Shown here one piece after another: positions 63,788 to 64,000 of a DNA stretch of 64,000 nucleotides; position 1 is the first letter of the stretch, and the number at the start of each line of letters is the position of its first letter. The translations under genes and the position numbers were made by a program. The notes beneath the pieces are model-generated. The model searched no databases. It had not been told where the DNA came from and saw only the letters and a program-made list of their open reading frames with translations. The stretch is from assembly GCA_945927325.1 (NCBI GenBank), contig CAMEMG010000002.1, forward strand, positions 1,489 through 65,488, in the 5' to 3' direction. The stretch comes from an uncultured Clostridia bacterium (GTDB lineage Bacteria > Bacillota > Clostridia > Christensenellales > Christensenellaceae).

Positions 63788-64000
63788 ATGGTACAGTTTG
63801 AAGGTTACGAAAGAAGAATTGCGAAAATCGAAAAGTGCCTTGCAGAATATGGCTTCTCCTCTCTGGAAGAGATGAAGGCTTTTACTGTAGAAAAGGGCCT
63901 GGATGTAGACGGTATCGTCCGCTCCATTCAGCCGATCGCATTTGAAAATGCCGTTTGGGCCTATACATTGGGTGCTGCAATTGCCCTCAAAAAGGGCTGC
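63788..64000 (+). CDS. GGGtGRT family protein (partial, runs off right edge)
   Basis: Manual translation MVQFEGYERRI...IQPIAFENAVWAYTLGAAIA; usual partner of the upstream gene; AAGGAGG SD. Confidence 0.8.
   Translation, partial: MVQFEGYERRIAKIEKCLAEYGFSSLEEMKAFTVEKGLDVDGIVRSIQPIAFENAVWAYTLGAAIALKKGC

Overview
Chromosomal segment of a spore-forming anaerobic Firmicute (Clostridia-like, judged from two alpha/beta SASP genes, a YaaH-type LysM-GH18 spore protein, nifJ-type PFOR, Re-citrate synthase and a Clostridia-type 6S RNA). Most of it is housekeeping: pgk-tpiA-gpmI, alaS, tyrS, murA, corA, cysK-mtnN, thyA-folA, gndA, pepT, nifJ, tRNA-Val/6S/tRNA-Gln. I saw no integrase, transposase or CRISPR array. 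The most notable observations are: (1) an overlapping two-gene unit encoding a Bacteroides-like serine palmitoyltransferase and a 3-ketosphinganine-reductase-like SDR, a candidate sphingolipid pathway in a Gram-positive spore former; (2) a candidate leader-peptide attenuator upstream of corA, with a uORF and mutually exclusive hairpins; (3) a 6S RNA butted directly onto the CCA end of tRNA-Val; (4) a mosaic scar where an acetamidase/formamidase gene is broken by a GDPD-like gene plus a serA fragment; (5) an orphan HTH plus double-domain adenine methyltransferase; (6) an internal translation start in an AraC-GyrI regulator; (7) an acetate kinase with altered catalytic residues. All family calls come from motif recognition by eye, without database searches.
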